NCBI GenBank assembly: GCA_001938485.1
Contig: MQRK01227526.1
Span: 62,001-120,851, forward strand
Origin: Girardia tigrina
Lineage: Eukaryota
Reading direction: 5' to 3'
Length of the DNA stretch: 58,851 bases
Each line of letters begins with the position of its first letter. Within the stretch, counting starts at the first letter, position 1. Of this stretch, positions 1-12,658 are shown piece after piece. The notes under the pieces were generated by a model. The model did no database searches. It worked only from the letters and a program-made list of their open reading frames with translations, and was not told the origin of the DNA. A program made the translations under genes and the position numbers.

Positions 1-1841
1 ATATTTAATTAAATATTAAAAACAAATAGCTTGAGAGATTTTGGTGTAGACCAATAAAACATTTTTTTATAATTATTAATTATTTGACATTCGATCATTC
101 AAGCCAATATCCAAAAAAATATGTCACCAGATCCCTTCATTCGCATCAAAGTACATCATTAATACAAATAAATGATAGTAAAAACTAAAAAAAATAATTC
201 AGACTTTAAAATGTCAAATTGTTCCGCAACGTCGACTTAGTTTCGTTTGGCACAGACTCTCGAGACCCCTTCATTTACTGAAGGACCTTTCCATATATGT
301 GCAATAAATAATAACAATAATAATAATAATAATATAATTTTCATTGAATGAATAAAAACGTTTAAAAAAACAACTGGCTAGACTGATACACGAACGGATC
401 AAAAGTGCTTGTTTTTCTTGGCCACTATTTTTGTCATTCATTAAAACGAAGGTCAATTTGTTTAGCAACATAATTGTCGAGACTAAAATATTGTTAATTA
501 TATTATTCATTTTATATTCTTGCAATCATAAAAAAGGTCTCCTTATTAATCTTCTTCTCCAGTAAGACATCTGCCTTATATGTTTGAACTAAAAAGATAG
601 AAAATGGGTTTTATATTTAACCTTCAAGAAAGTGGTGTTTTAGAGAAAGAATAATATTCTAAAAAAGATTTTAAAAATCATTCGACATTAATAAAAGTTT
701 CGGGCAAAAAATATTCATTTGAAATAATTAATTTATTTTAATTTCTATGGGTCGTCCATTGCCATCATCCGACTAAATTAACATTATTTTCACAGTTTAG
801 ATATTAAATTAATGATAATTGAATAATCAATGTCGTCAAACTCTATTTTAAACTTTTTTGTACAGAATTTGAGTAAGATGGTTTGAATAATAGTATTCGT
901 TGAGTTTATTAACAAGGTCTCCCACAAGTGTCACTGTCTTCAATTAATTTTTACATCGATTAAACAGAATTTGAAAAAATGGAACTAATAAAATATACCT
1001 TGATTCAAATGGGTTAATATTGATAATAGTGATCCATCCGATTTCCAGGTTGCCCCTAAACCTGGACGGTGGTAGCAAAGTCTCAGTGGAGCTCGGAAAT
1101 TTCGCTATCGTACTAGACCCATTTGAAAACAATAATCAAGATCATTTCTTTTACAAATTCTAGTTTGAAATTAATTTAAAATGTCGCTCACAAAAGCAAA
1201 TAAAAAGGTTTATTTTGACAATGATAAAAAATATTCACTTTTTCAAATTCAAAAATTATTAGTTTGACAAATTGTTACGTTCGAAAAAATCAATCACCGA
1301 ATTTTAATTGTTTTATAAAGAAGTCAATTGCTAAATGTCAACCAGTTTTTCAAAATCATAAAATCTTAAAAAGAAACAACATATGTGGCCAAAACTCGCT
1401 CCAATTGGTTGTCCAATCAGAGATAGCCATATCAATCACAACCATTCGATTCTTTCCAAACCGGAGATATATCTCGGTACATACACAGTCAGGCAAGCAA
1501 TCTCGACTCTCTAGGAGTCATAATAATAATCACAATTCGATTGTTCATTCAAAAATGAACAAATCTTGATTATTATTTTTTTAAATTAATTATTTAATTT
1601 TAAATTTTAGTATTTAGTTTTTTAAATTTAATTATTTTCATATCTAATTAATAATTAGTAATTATTTTAGGTTGTTTAAAATATAATGTCGTATTTTGAA
1701 TGGTCCTGTTTTAAAATAAATCTTTATCATTTATTTATGTTTTATACATAATTTTATAGCTTATGTAAATCTCTATATTTCTATGATACTTTGTTTAAAT
1801 ATTAACTTTGAAATAACGTATTTATTTAAATAGTTTTCAAT

Positions 1842-2858
1842 ATGCAAAAAGCGCATTTAGGAGCAATGTTTTTATATGAATTCCAACTTGGCCACAAAGC
1901 ATCGGAGGCCGCCCGTAATATCAAAGGTACATTGGGTGATGGAACCACAAACGAACGTATGTTACAACGTTGGTTCAAAAAATTTCAAGAAGGAAATGAG
2001 ACCCTCAAAGATGATGATGGCCGTGGACGGAAACCTGCTATTGAAAATGAAAATTTTAAGGCTCTAGTAGAAGCAAATTGATGCACAATAGTTCGAGAGA
2101 TTGCTGAAGAAATAGGTGTCACGATAGGAACAATTTCAAACCATCTGCCCAACATTGGAAAGTCGAAAAAACTGGATAAATGGATTCCATACGAATTAAA
2201 TGACAATCAAAAATGCGTCGTTTTGAGGCATCATCTTTACTTCTTCTGCGAAACAAGAATGATCCTTTTTTGGACCGAATTGTAATGAATGATGAAAAGT
2301 GAATTCTCTACGACAATGAGAGACGTTCTTCTCAATGGTTGCACTACGATCAATCTCCACAACCCTTTTCAAGGCCGAAATTGTACCAAAAAAGATGATG
2401 GTGACTGTTTTGTGATCTGCAGCCGGTGTTATTCATCATGGCTCCCTAAATCCAAGTGAAACAATTACGACAGAGAGATGATGTCAGGAAATTGTCAAAA
2501 TGAATCAGAAACTCCAACAACAAAACCAGTATTAGTCAATAGGAAAGGGCCTATTCTTCTCCACGACAACGCTCGGCCACACATCGCACGTCTGATAATG
2601 CAACTGTTGAACAAACTTAGCTACGAAACTTTGAGTCACCCACCATACTCATCTGACCTCTCGCCTACTGATTATCACTTTTTCACAGATCTTGGCATTT
2701 TAATCCAGGAGACATACTTCAAAACTAAAGGTGATGCTAAAACTGCCTTCAACGATTTCATCATCTCCAGAAAGCAAGAATTTTATGCAACCGGAATAAA
2801 AAATCTTGCGCAACGTTTACAAAAGTGTATTGATGCTATAAATAAGTCTTTCACGTAA
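1842..2858 (+). mobile_element. Degenerate mariner (DD34D) transposase pseudogene
   Basis: MQKAHLGAMFLYEFQLGHKASEAARNI N-terminus, WIPYEL, DEK*, LLHDNARPH and HPPYSSDLSPTDY motifs across stops and frameshifts; no matching TIR pair found. Confidence 0.93.
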
Positions 2859-3276
2859 TGAATTGTCTGTTTGTGAATGAGAATATTTTCGAGATATAGA
2901 TAATAATAACGACCGGATAATAGATTATAATAAATAAATGAAAATCCCGAACAAATAATATATGTACTACGACTACGTTAGTCAAAATCACATCGGAAAA
3001 ATGACTCATCAAACATTAGATAAAATATTAAGTGAGTCACTAAAGCTAATATCACTTTTGACAAAGTCATTATTGTCATAATATTATAATGTTGTCTTCA
3101 TATTTTTAGAGAGTGAGTTAGGGGGATTTTCTAAAATGTTTTTGTCCTTTTAAAAAAACCTTTGAGAATACAAATATACATAAACCATGAAAGTCGAAAT
3201 GCAAAAACATAAAATACTAAACACTCCAAAAATTTAATGAAAATAGAAAAAAAATAGGAAGAAGCTGAAATTAATA

Positions 3277-3682
3277 ACTAGTAAATTAAAACAAATTTTT
3301 TATCCATTCTTTTTTTGTTTTAGCAGAACTCTACTTGGCCAAGAGAATTTATTTTATTTTTTGTTGAAAGGAAAATTATTATTACTTTTATTAATATTTA
3401 TTAATTTATTAATACTTTTTTTGCGTAATATAAACTACTTATAATTTATAAGTAGATCCTTTTAAATTAATATTGTTCAGGAACTCCGGATTTTCCGTTT
3501 TTTCCCATTTTGGATTTTTAAAAAGTTTTTTAGATCAAATTTTCACATAATCATTTATTTCCATCGAAAACGAGTAAGTGTAAAAAGTTTAGAGAAAATT
3601 GATCGAGTAAAAGCCTTCAAAAATAGTTTTCTAAATTCCATGGATAAAGACCTAGAAAGTAAGCCAATATAAAGAATAGAAA
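3277..3682 (-). mobile_element. Non-autonomous Helitron/HINE-like dispersed repeat, copy 1 of 3
   Basis: Similar to 33222-33612 and 48757-49141; ends in CTAG|T on the minus strand; asymmetric subterminal inverted repeat CCATTCTTT/AAAGAATRG. Confidence 0.6.
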
Positions 3683-4566
3683 TGAATTACAATGTCCACT
3701 TTTTATTGAAATTTTTGATCCGAAAAACATTTGAGAAGCTTTCGTTCTCTTTCGTGTCGGTCAAAAGTGTCTGTCCGTTAAAATTTGATGGTCAATTTAC
3801 TCCGTCCTTGTATTGCGATATTTGATCTTTTCTGAACTTCCTTAAGCTTAGTCTTTGGTGTTCCTTCTCAAAAAAGTTCCTGAAAGTCAATAAAGGATTT
3901 TGCTGCATTCAGAATTATTATGCGGTGTTAGAGCCTAAGGTAAATAAATGATAGAATTTTCACAATGAACTTTTAGTTACAGAAAACAGAGAATTATTTT
4001 TATTAAAACAAATAAACAAGATGTCAATTTAAAAAAAAAGATCGCAACAATCACTCATCAATTTAAATATAATATTCATTGAAAGTTAGTTTGATGAAGA
4101 AATAAATATCAAAAGGTACTTCACAAAAGAGAAATTGAAACATGTGATGGTAAATTCCTTTTTCCATATGAAAAACAATAATATAAAAAGTTATCAACTG
4201 AAAAATTGGTCCATCAAAAGTTAATAAGTTAGAAATCTTTGTTAAATATAATAAAATTAAATCATATATTTTTAGAGGCTACCCACCTCAAAGGTGCCTT
4301 AAACTTCTTTCAATTAGACGCCTGGTTTTGCTAATTCATTGAAAATTCTGAAGGATCTCGTAAACCTAACAAAACCTTTCCCTCAACGTTATTGTTATTA
4401 CCATGGTCTAGGTTTTAAAATCAAGGAGTCTGTATTTAAATATAAAATACTTCATTTTATTTAAATCGCTTATTTTTCAAAAATAAAGTCATATTAAAGT
4501 TCTCTTACAAAATACTTCATAATAATCAAGGTCTTTGTGACACAATATATTGACAATAAAAACAGT

Positions 4567-6050
4567 ACTAAAAAGGATCACTAAATCTAACTACCTCTAT
4601 AAATATAAATAATAAATATTTATATCAAAACAGCTTTTAAAATGTTAAATGTAAATTGAAAGGATATTCACTGAAGATTGAAGAATTGAGAAGATCAAGA
4701 AGATTATTTGGTTAAAGAATAACTGTTGTTTAATGTCCTTTTTAATTTGAAACTCTTAAAAATATATGTTAAATTTTACAATTAAAGCAGATGCGAAACT
4801 ATGAAGAAGGAAGAAAAAGAAAAAGAATTATTAGATGAAAAAGATCACCTTCAAAAAACACAATTACCAACAGCAAGGTGTAATGAGGATATTCCTTTTA
4901 TTCTTTGTATTTATTCATTTGTTTTTTTAAGTGTTATCTCCGTTTTCTTAGAGTTAATTGGTAATTTATAATTTATATTTTATCGTGATCGTCAAGAATT
5001 TTATAATTAATAACTAATAGAATAAATAAGCAATTTATTCTGGTTTTAATCTTTTTACATCTTCTTTTTAAAAGAAGAACTTCCAATAAATATAAAGGAA
5101 AATTCGTTAAAAGGGTTTCCATTGAAGTTTCAAGAAACATCTTTTAAGGAAATATCGTTCTTATTTGATTTTTTTAAAATAATAATGGGTACCTTGTAAA
5201 AGTTTTGCTCTTTAAAATTACACCTATAAAAATTTTTAAGTTTTTAAATTTATGTTTCCACATAAATTCATTCAAATAATTCTGTAAAAACTTTTTTTAA
5301 TACACATCATAGATTATTATAAGCCCTCCATTCATCGTTATGAATGGTGGGACCTGCAACAACTACTTCTTGAATGATAAGTAGCAGCTAATCTATTTGG
5401 GACCACTTTCATATATCCTTATTCGTTATTATATCCGGACTACATTATTACCACCCCACGTAACAGGATTTATATCAAAATATATTTTGATACATAATCT
5501 TAAACATTTAAAAATTTTAGTTGATGTAGGTCTTGAAATAGTCAAAGATTTTAAAATTGAAACTATAGACTCTTCATTCGACCATCTTTAGAGAACATCT
5601 AACCAAGTTCTCTAACTTATGGATGAAATGGCCAGTGAAGAACCTGTTCTTATGGTCAAGGTGGTCTTGTATTTAGAACAAATTTCTATTTGAAATTTCC
5701 AGACATATTTTTCCAAGAACATTTCTTTCTTATTCCGTACAATTTTTTAATGACAATGAGAACACAGCATAATTGATTTTAATATAAAACATATATTAAA
5801 AGTAGCTGGTATGAGCAAAATTTATTTTAAATAATTTAAACTTAAACTTGTTAAAATTTTGCCCCTAAAATTACACTTAATAAAGTCCTACTCATAGGAG
5901 CAGAATTTTTAAAAGATCATAATAATTTTTAGATAACATAAAATTATAAATTGTCAAAAACATGCTCTTAGGGATTCACATTCGTATGTTTATTAAAAAT
6001 GTTATTTGAATACTTTTAAGACATTATTATTAGAAATTTTGTCAACAATA
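4567..6050. repeat. Unclassified dispersed repeat; second copy at 43171-43365 plus 45923-46450
   Basis: TACTAAAAAGGATCACTAAATCTAACTACCTCTATAAAT... and CCAACAGCAAGGTGTAATGAGGATATTCC are shared between copies; copy 1 has about 700 bp of extra internal sequence. Confidence 0.75.
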
Positions 6051-6245
6051 GTTAAGTTGCCTTCTTTACAAACAAGCTTCAGGTCTCCGGATCTGAAGCA
6101 CTTGTTTTATTTTATAATCTTTATCAAGGCCCTTAACTTATAGTTTTCACTAAAATTTATTTTTATTATTCAACCTAAGAATAGATCTCAAAAACAAGGG
6201 TGGCCCTTGAGTTAGATCAAAAATTATATACTAAAAGTATATAAT

Positions 6246-6315
6246 TATATATATATATATATATANNNNNNNNNNNNNNNNNNNNNNNNNNNNNNNNNNN
6301 NNNNNNNNNNNNNNN

Positions 6316-6365
<50 letters not shown>
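6246..6365. repeat. (TA)n microsatellite spanning a 50-N assembly gap
   Basis: TA repeats on both sides of Ns at 6266-6315. Confidence 0.95.
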
Positions 6366-6370
<5 letters not shown>

Positions 6371-6373
6371 TAA

Positions 6374-6606
6374 CCCTTCGTAACATGGTGTGACACTTCT
6401 GTAACAAACCGTTGTAACTCTTACAGGATCTCTAACTATTAACATATCACATTTTAAATCACTGTTGTATATCTGTTACACAGCGATCTATACAACAATA
6501 TAAATTTTATATACAATTTTATATAAAATGTGATATGTTAATGGTTAGAGATCCCGTAAGAGTTACAACGGTTTGTTACAAAAGTGTCACAACATGTTAC
6601 GAAGGG
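6374..6606. mobile_element. piggyBac-type MITE (233 bp)
   Basis: TTAA TSD at 6370-6373 and 6607-6610; CCCTT...AAGGG ends; ~83-bp near-perfect TIRs (6374-6456 and 6524-6606). Confidence 0.9.
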
Positions 6607-6852
6607 TTAATAAAATAATTTATATTTTGTATAAAGGTTTTTTATGTTTCAATCTATTTGAGTACATTTATATTTATTATATACAAAGTTAGATGGTTAC
6701 AATAAATTGATGAATGGAAACCTTGTTCCATAAGACGTGTTTTCAGCCAGTCGTTAGTGATCAGACATTTGAACTCATATAAATAAAATAGAACTGTAAG
6801 AATAATTAAATAATTATTTTATTTAATAATAAAACGAATTAAGTATGAAATG

Positions 6853-9790
6853 TTATAAATTTAAGATCATATAATGTCCAAAAACGTCAGACATTTTGCA
6901 AGATTGTATCAATTGAGGTTGATATTCTTTGAGGAAGTCGGTGAGAGAGGTCGACTTGACGACTTCATAGTTCAGGTCTTTACAGATCGTCTAGAGTATT
7001 TATTATATAAATAATAAAAGATATTGTTATTTAATTTACCTTGGTCACTTCAGATGTGTTTACTGTTTCAATGGTATTGAAATGCTTCCGCCTTGCTAAT
7101 TTTATTGTATGTTTTTCGATAAAATATAACAACTGAATGATCATGGACTTCTTTAGTCTAGTAGAGAGAGCGACAATTGAAACGTTAAGCGTTCGTGGGT
7201 TTGTATTGTGTATAAATACTCCCTGTTTACAATATAGAAGAAAGCATTCTATAGTGTTACCAGAATCATTGAAGAAATATGGATTGCTGCTTGATTCTTC
7301 ATGCGAGCAATTCTCGGACAATTGCAATCCAACGAGGGATTTTGATGAAGGATCTCGTAAACAAAAGGAGCAACCGCTCTTAATTGCCGAGTCAAATATC
7401 TCGGTAACGATTTCAACAAACATTTTTAGTGAAGCTTTAAGATACCTCGCTACGAGATCTCTGTTGTAAAAGTTTTCCACCAAAAATTCAATGACTTCCG
7501 TTTTGTTTCCGAAAACGATATCCTCAATGATAAAGTCTTGTTTTACCGATAATTTCTTCTCGGTTATTCTATCAAATTTAGGGCTGGACTGTTCGATAAT
7601 ACAATTAACGATATCCCCTATCAAATAGTTACAAAGGAATGCCTCAATGGTACAGTTAAACCCTTTTCTATTCAGATCCGCCATACAAATAACAGTGGTC
7701 AAAGAATCTCCTCCGATGTCGTAGAAGTTCATGGAATTTGTTAATTCTTCCGAAAACATGTTGAGATGTCTCGCTATAATGTCGCATATGTACTTCTTTT
7801 GACATTCAATTTTTTTCATGTCGGAAATATTAAATTCTGATAAACATTTGTCTGATTCATTGTTGGAGTCTTCCTTGGACTTTTTATTTACATTTTCAGA
7901 AAGAATTTGCAATGCGATTTTGGATAATGCTTTTTTATCCGGTTTCATAGACTGTGGCTGTATGGGTATACTTTTAATATATTCTAAGCGAGGAAGGCAG
8001 ACCCCCCAGGATTCTTTGACCAAGGTATTAATGATTTCCATTTTAAGTTGATTGTGTATAATGATATCATGTTTTGTTGAGAAGAATGTAAAAAGATGAC
8101 TCTCACCATTCGACAACAACTGAATTGTATAACAATTGTCGACATTTGGATGGCTTGAAATTATGGAATTAATATCTTTCGTAAAAAACTTTTTCCCATT
8201 TATCTTTACCATATCATCAACTCTACCACAAATATAAAGGTTCCCATCTTCAATAAAGCCGATATCTCCCGTTCTGAATGCTGTGACACAGGTCTCAGAA
8301 ACATTTTCCCCAACGACATTTATTTCTCCTTCACCTTCTGAGTTTTGTTCGAAATAGATGTAATTATTTGACACCGGAGAACCAACTGAAAGAAAATTCT
8401 TTTTTGAATATTTATCTATTTCTTCTTCGTTTACGAAGATCTGACCACAAACATCTCCACAAACTTCAGTTGATCCATACAAATTGATTAATCGACATTT
8501 GTTTATTTGCAATCTCGAAAAAAATCTTTTTGCTAATATCGGAGTAAGCATCTCTCCACTACTTACCACTGTTCTTAAGGACCGTAAAGATTGTACAATT
8601 TTCTCATTATGGTCTATTTGCTTCAACCATTTTTGTAATAATGAAGGTACTATTAGCAACCATGTTATTTTATGGTGTTCAATGACTTCAGATAACTTTA
8701 TAATATCACAAGCGTCTAACGGGGATATAATTACCATTGTGACACAAGACAAAATACAGCTGAGGCATTCAACAATGTTGTCAACGAACATGAATCCCGT
8801 TCTATGACAAACTTTTTCATTCTTTTTATACGGTATGTGTTTCCATTGCCACATCAGACGGTTAAATAATTGTGAATGTGTTAGAGTAACCTTTTTCGGA
8901 ATTCCTGAACTTCCGGAAGTATGAAGAACAGCCGCTCTGTTATTTATATCATGAGGAACAATGCGTTCAGATGGAAGAAGATTCCAAGTACAAGAGTCTT
9001 CATAAGCCTTTAATAGATTGTCTATTAGCAACACTTGTATATTAGTATTATTAGAGATCATTTCATCTATTCCTTCATAATCTTTATGAATAATTAATGA
9101 CAAATGGCAATTTTGAACGATCTGTTTCGTTTGGTCAATGTTTCGACACTTAGATAATGGGACTATTGTCAAACCGAGCTTCAGACATGCCAAAATGCTG
9201 AAGAGTCTCTCGAACCCTTCGTCCAAGAGTATACCGACTAATATGTTCTTCGATCTGTTGTCATAATTAAAGAGTCTTAAAAGATTTCTTGCAACAACAT
9301 TAGCTTTGCTATTCATTGTGTCACAAGTCAAAAATAAATTGTTATGAATGGCTGCCAACCTCTCATGATGTTCTTCGAGGTTTAAAGTTAAAAGTCTGTT
9401 CTCAAAATACGTTGCCAAATTATTTCCGTGCTCATATTTTTCGATTTTTCCAAATAAATATTGATTATTATCTAAATTAATAATTGATAAATAACACACT
9501 TGCAAAATATTTTTAAAAAATCATTTTTTTTTAATTTTTAAAAATGGTTTTAAAATAATAATGAATATAATAATCAAAAAATATAATTCTAAAAAAACGA
9601 ATAAAAATAATATAACGTTAAATATATTTTAAATGTATAACGAAAAGAAAAAAATAATCAGAAAAAATATAAAAAATAAATAATATAAAATTCAAATATA
9701 TGGTGGTAATAAATATATAATATGAAAAATATATATAAAATAGTAGTAAAAAAATAAAAATTATATACCCGTAATTTTTTTGCTATTCAT
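6853..9790 (-). CDS. ebony: Ebony-like stand-alone NRPS (beta-alanyl-bioamine synthetase; A-PCP-AANAT-fold), ~863 aa; exons 9790-9769 (putative), 9471-7040, 6990-6853
   Basis: A-domain motifs HTSGSSGIPK, FMFVDN, NLYGSTEVCGDV, FRTGD, GRVDDMVKING; PCP motif NFYDIGGDSL; C-terminal FYNRDL...TVNTSEVTK. A 49-nt GT-AG intron (7039-6991) adds TICKDLNYEVV...YMILNL*. A phase-1 first exon MNSKKIT(G|GT) joins the TTAATTTAG acceptor at 9472 in frame. Confidence 0.9.
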
Positions 9791-10149
9791 AATTAATAAT
9801 TTGTAATTTTAGAGTTAAACGAATGTTTTTATAGAAAATTTCGGTGTTGATTTAACGAAGTTTCGTTGATAAACAAGAACGATTTAACATTACTTAAATT
9901 ATCAAAGAGGCTTTAGAAATATAATAATATTATTTTACGATTTCCGACAAAAACAACAGTTGAAAAATGTCTCGGAAATTATTAAAAGTGTAAAATTTGA
10001 CGATATTTATATTTATTGAAATATTTTTAATTTGAAATTGATACATTTCTAATTAAATAAAAATTAAATTATAATAATAATATTTATCATTATTTTTATT
10101 AATTATTAAAAAAATATTATATAAAAATAATAGAATAAAACAATCAATT

Positions 10150-10430
10150 GAAAATGAAGCAAAAGATAAATAATTCTTATGTGTCAGTCAAGAATCTCCT
10201 GCAATATTTGAACTTGCTCCATCATCAAGACATCTGGTTCTTGGTCATGGGGTTGTAAGAATACAATCTCTTCTGCTATAAAGATTGAGTTTTCTGTTTT
10301 ACAGAAGGGCTTTGATTCACACTTTGAGCGGCAGTTTTGGGAATCATTATTGATAAGACACTACAAGCCAATAATGAATATTCCAAATGGGCAAAATAAA
10401 GCCGTCTCAATAATGAAATGCTTAATTAAA
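10150..10430 (+). mobile_element. Penelope-like element remnant (GIY-YIG endonuclease C-terminus)
   Basis: HFERQFWESLLIRHYKPIMNIP resembles the R..(E)ALLI...P..N tail of PLE endonucleases seen elsewhere in this window. Confidence 0.6.
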
Positions 10431-11319
10431 TACAAAATAGCATTTTTAATCAATAATATTTTATTTTATTTTGAGTTTAAAATTATATTACTACTTTGTT
10501 GATCTTTTATTTCAATCAATACGTATAAATTTACAAGATGATCCATTTAAATTGAGAATAATTTTACAATAAATTTAACAATTATGCTTCTTTTCACACT
10601 TCGGACAAATTGAATCTATTATTTTTCCTACTTCACGAATAGTTAATAAATATGATAAACACAAGATAAACAGTACTCTCGACTTGATTCGATACATATT
10701 TGAGCAGCTATTGATGATGGCGACTGGGAGCAAATCGATAGTGTTGTATGCAGGTTTTTTGGGCTGTAGATCAATGACTTCCCTGAATTAATAGTTCAAT
10801 CTATTCAAATCATGGCTGCTAAGTGTCCAGAAACGCATTCAGGTCTGTACAATTTGACTGTTATGTGTTCGTGAACTGTATTGCAGGAATACGATCATAG
10901 ACATCCACGGATTCACAACGCTTTGTGAGATGTAAAGATAAATCCATGAAATAACCGTCTGCCCCTTGACGAAAAAGTGTGACACCATCATTTCATCTTT
11001 ACTGGAAACGAATAGAAAAACCGTATGTTTAACCAAACATATATCGTTCTGTCGGTTGGTCTTGATATCGACGGAAAAAAATTTTCATTGCCTAAAAATC
11101 GGAGATAGCCAACCGTGCTGTATTTCAAGAATGACAGCAGTCATCCCTCTATAGTTCAAATGTTAGTAGCTAGCGGATCTTCAAAACGTATGAGGGGTAC
11201 CGTAAATAGTCAAGAATTGCACTATCTGATCAGTTGTGTATCTTCTTCAGTATGAAAGAGCTTTCATATTCCCGGCGATGGTTTATACCACAAGTGCTGG
11301 ATACTTAAATATCTTTCTA

Positions 11320-12658
11320 TTAGGTTGTCCTAAAAGTTCCCGGTCAAGAATGACAAATACAATTTTTTTGTGCAAGAATTTATTTTAAATTTTTTTAGTA
11401 CCGTAGCCTTTAGGCTGTGGGTGCACACAATTATGCACAAGCATATGGCTTGGGTTTGCATATATATTTAAGTGTCTCAGTAGGCAAGGAATCTGATGGC
11501 GCATATCTCCTCTCCGTGTATGGATGGCCGTTGGTTCCAAGGAGCTCATCCGCCCTTTTCTAGGTTTTGTTTTTCATCCTGCTAGGTGTCCACACACCTC
11601 TTCACCCAGGTTTCTCTGGGTGAGACAGCCGGTTTAGTCGCCAACTATTCGACCATGGGACAGATATTACAGGTTTACATGGTACCTGTAGCAGACAGAT
11701 TGCCTGACGTGACCTGTAGTCAGGGTTCCCGTGATTTCCCTATCGGAAACTCAAATAAGTACTAACGTGGCCGTTGGTTGCTTGACTTCGAAGATCGGAC
11801 GAGATCCGACGTACCCAACTACGGCCATTGCCTACTACTATTTTAAATAAATAACAAATAATCTTCAAAGTATAGTCCATCGTTTTCGACTACAATAGAG
11901 TTTTCGTTAATAATAGAGCTCTGCTTTGATGGCCTGGCCGTTCTGAACGAACTCAAAGTGCACGACTCCATCGAAGTTCCTCCAGACACACAACATGATT
12001 TTCAAGCCAAATCGATCTTTTTTTGGAACTGACGGCATTGTTTGACCCGGTGGAACCCATCGCTTGTCTCGGTTGTGGTTGACCAATTAGACCCACTTCT
12101 CGTCCTACGTAACAATTCGTTTCCAAAAGCGGTCTTTTCGTGGATTCTGTAGCAGTTGTCGGCAAATTTGGACTCTTTTATCGGCCTGTGCTTTGTGAGA
12201 GTTCGTGTGGATCTTGTCGCGGTTTCTTATGCACAAAGTCGAGCTGCTTCAAATGCCAATATATGGTTGACTTGCCAACTATAAGCTTAAATTCCAAATC
12301 GCGAGTGCTTGACGAAGGCTTCACATCCAACTCTGCTTGCAAGTCATCGTTATCCAATTTTTTTGGTCGTCCAGAATGAGGACTGTCATTCAAGTCAAAG
12401 TTGCCATTATTGAAATGCTTGAACCAATCAATTGCCGTACTTTTTCCGACCGTTTGAGTACCTTCAACTTTGCAAATTGCCTTGTCAGCATCTCCCGTTG
12501 TCATACCTTTCTTCCAATAGTGACGCAGCAACACACGGATTTCAAGCTCGTAGTCCATATAATGTTATAAATAAATCGATATATATCAATATTAAATAAA
12601 TTAAAAATTTGAAAAAAAGGTTTTTCATTATTGAACGGGAACTTTTAGGACAACCAAA
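11320..12658 (-). mobile_element. Internally deleted mariner element with TIRs and TA TSD
   Basis: TIRs TTAGGTTGTCCTAAAAGTTCCCGGTCAA and TTGAACGGGAACTTTTAGGACAACCAAA, with TA on both sides; ORF 12558-12178 MDYELEIRVLLRHYWKKG...SGRP...PHEL, then IVT*DEKW; catalytic C-half deleted. Confidence 0.93.
11391..11838 (-). mobile_element. 5S rRNA-derived SINE (SINE3-like), full length, with 10-bp TSD
   Basis: Minus-strand head CGGATCTCGTCCGATCTTCGAAGTCAAGCAACCAACGGCCACGTTAGTACTT matches the 5S rRNA core and internal promoter; non-5S GC-rich body; A6 tail; TSD TATTTTAAAT at 11381-11390 and 11839-11848. Confidence 0.85.

Noticed and set aside
190-1570. Short ORFs, possible exons (203-307 +, 1000-1110 -), CCAAT-containing stretch and a 12-bp inverted repeat at 1132/1564
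   Set aside because: No recognisable domain or phase-consistent gene model; the short AT-rich repeat could be chance
7137-8807. Plus-strand ORFs of 77-110 aa
   Set aside because: Antisense shadows of the NRPS exon
7040-9471. Recent bacterial horizontal transfer of the NRPS (long exon)
   Set aside because: It has spliceosomal introns, host-like AT content and the animal Ebony domain order
11560-11700. HDV-like ribozyme in the SINE body
   Set aside because: A P3/L3-like CTG-TCTCACC-CAG exists, but I could not build P1 and P2; a simple hairpin explains it
11720-11838. Functional 5S rRNA gene
   Set aside because: Diverged 5' and 3' parts, no T-run terminator, and embedded in a TSD-flanked SINE
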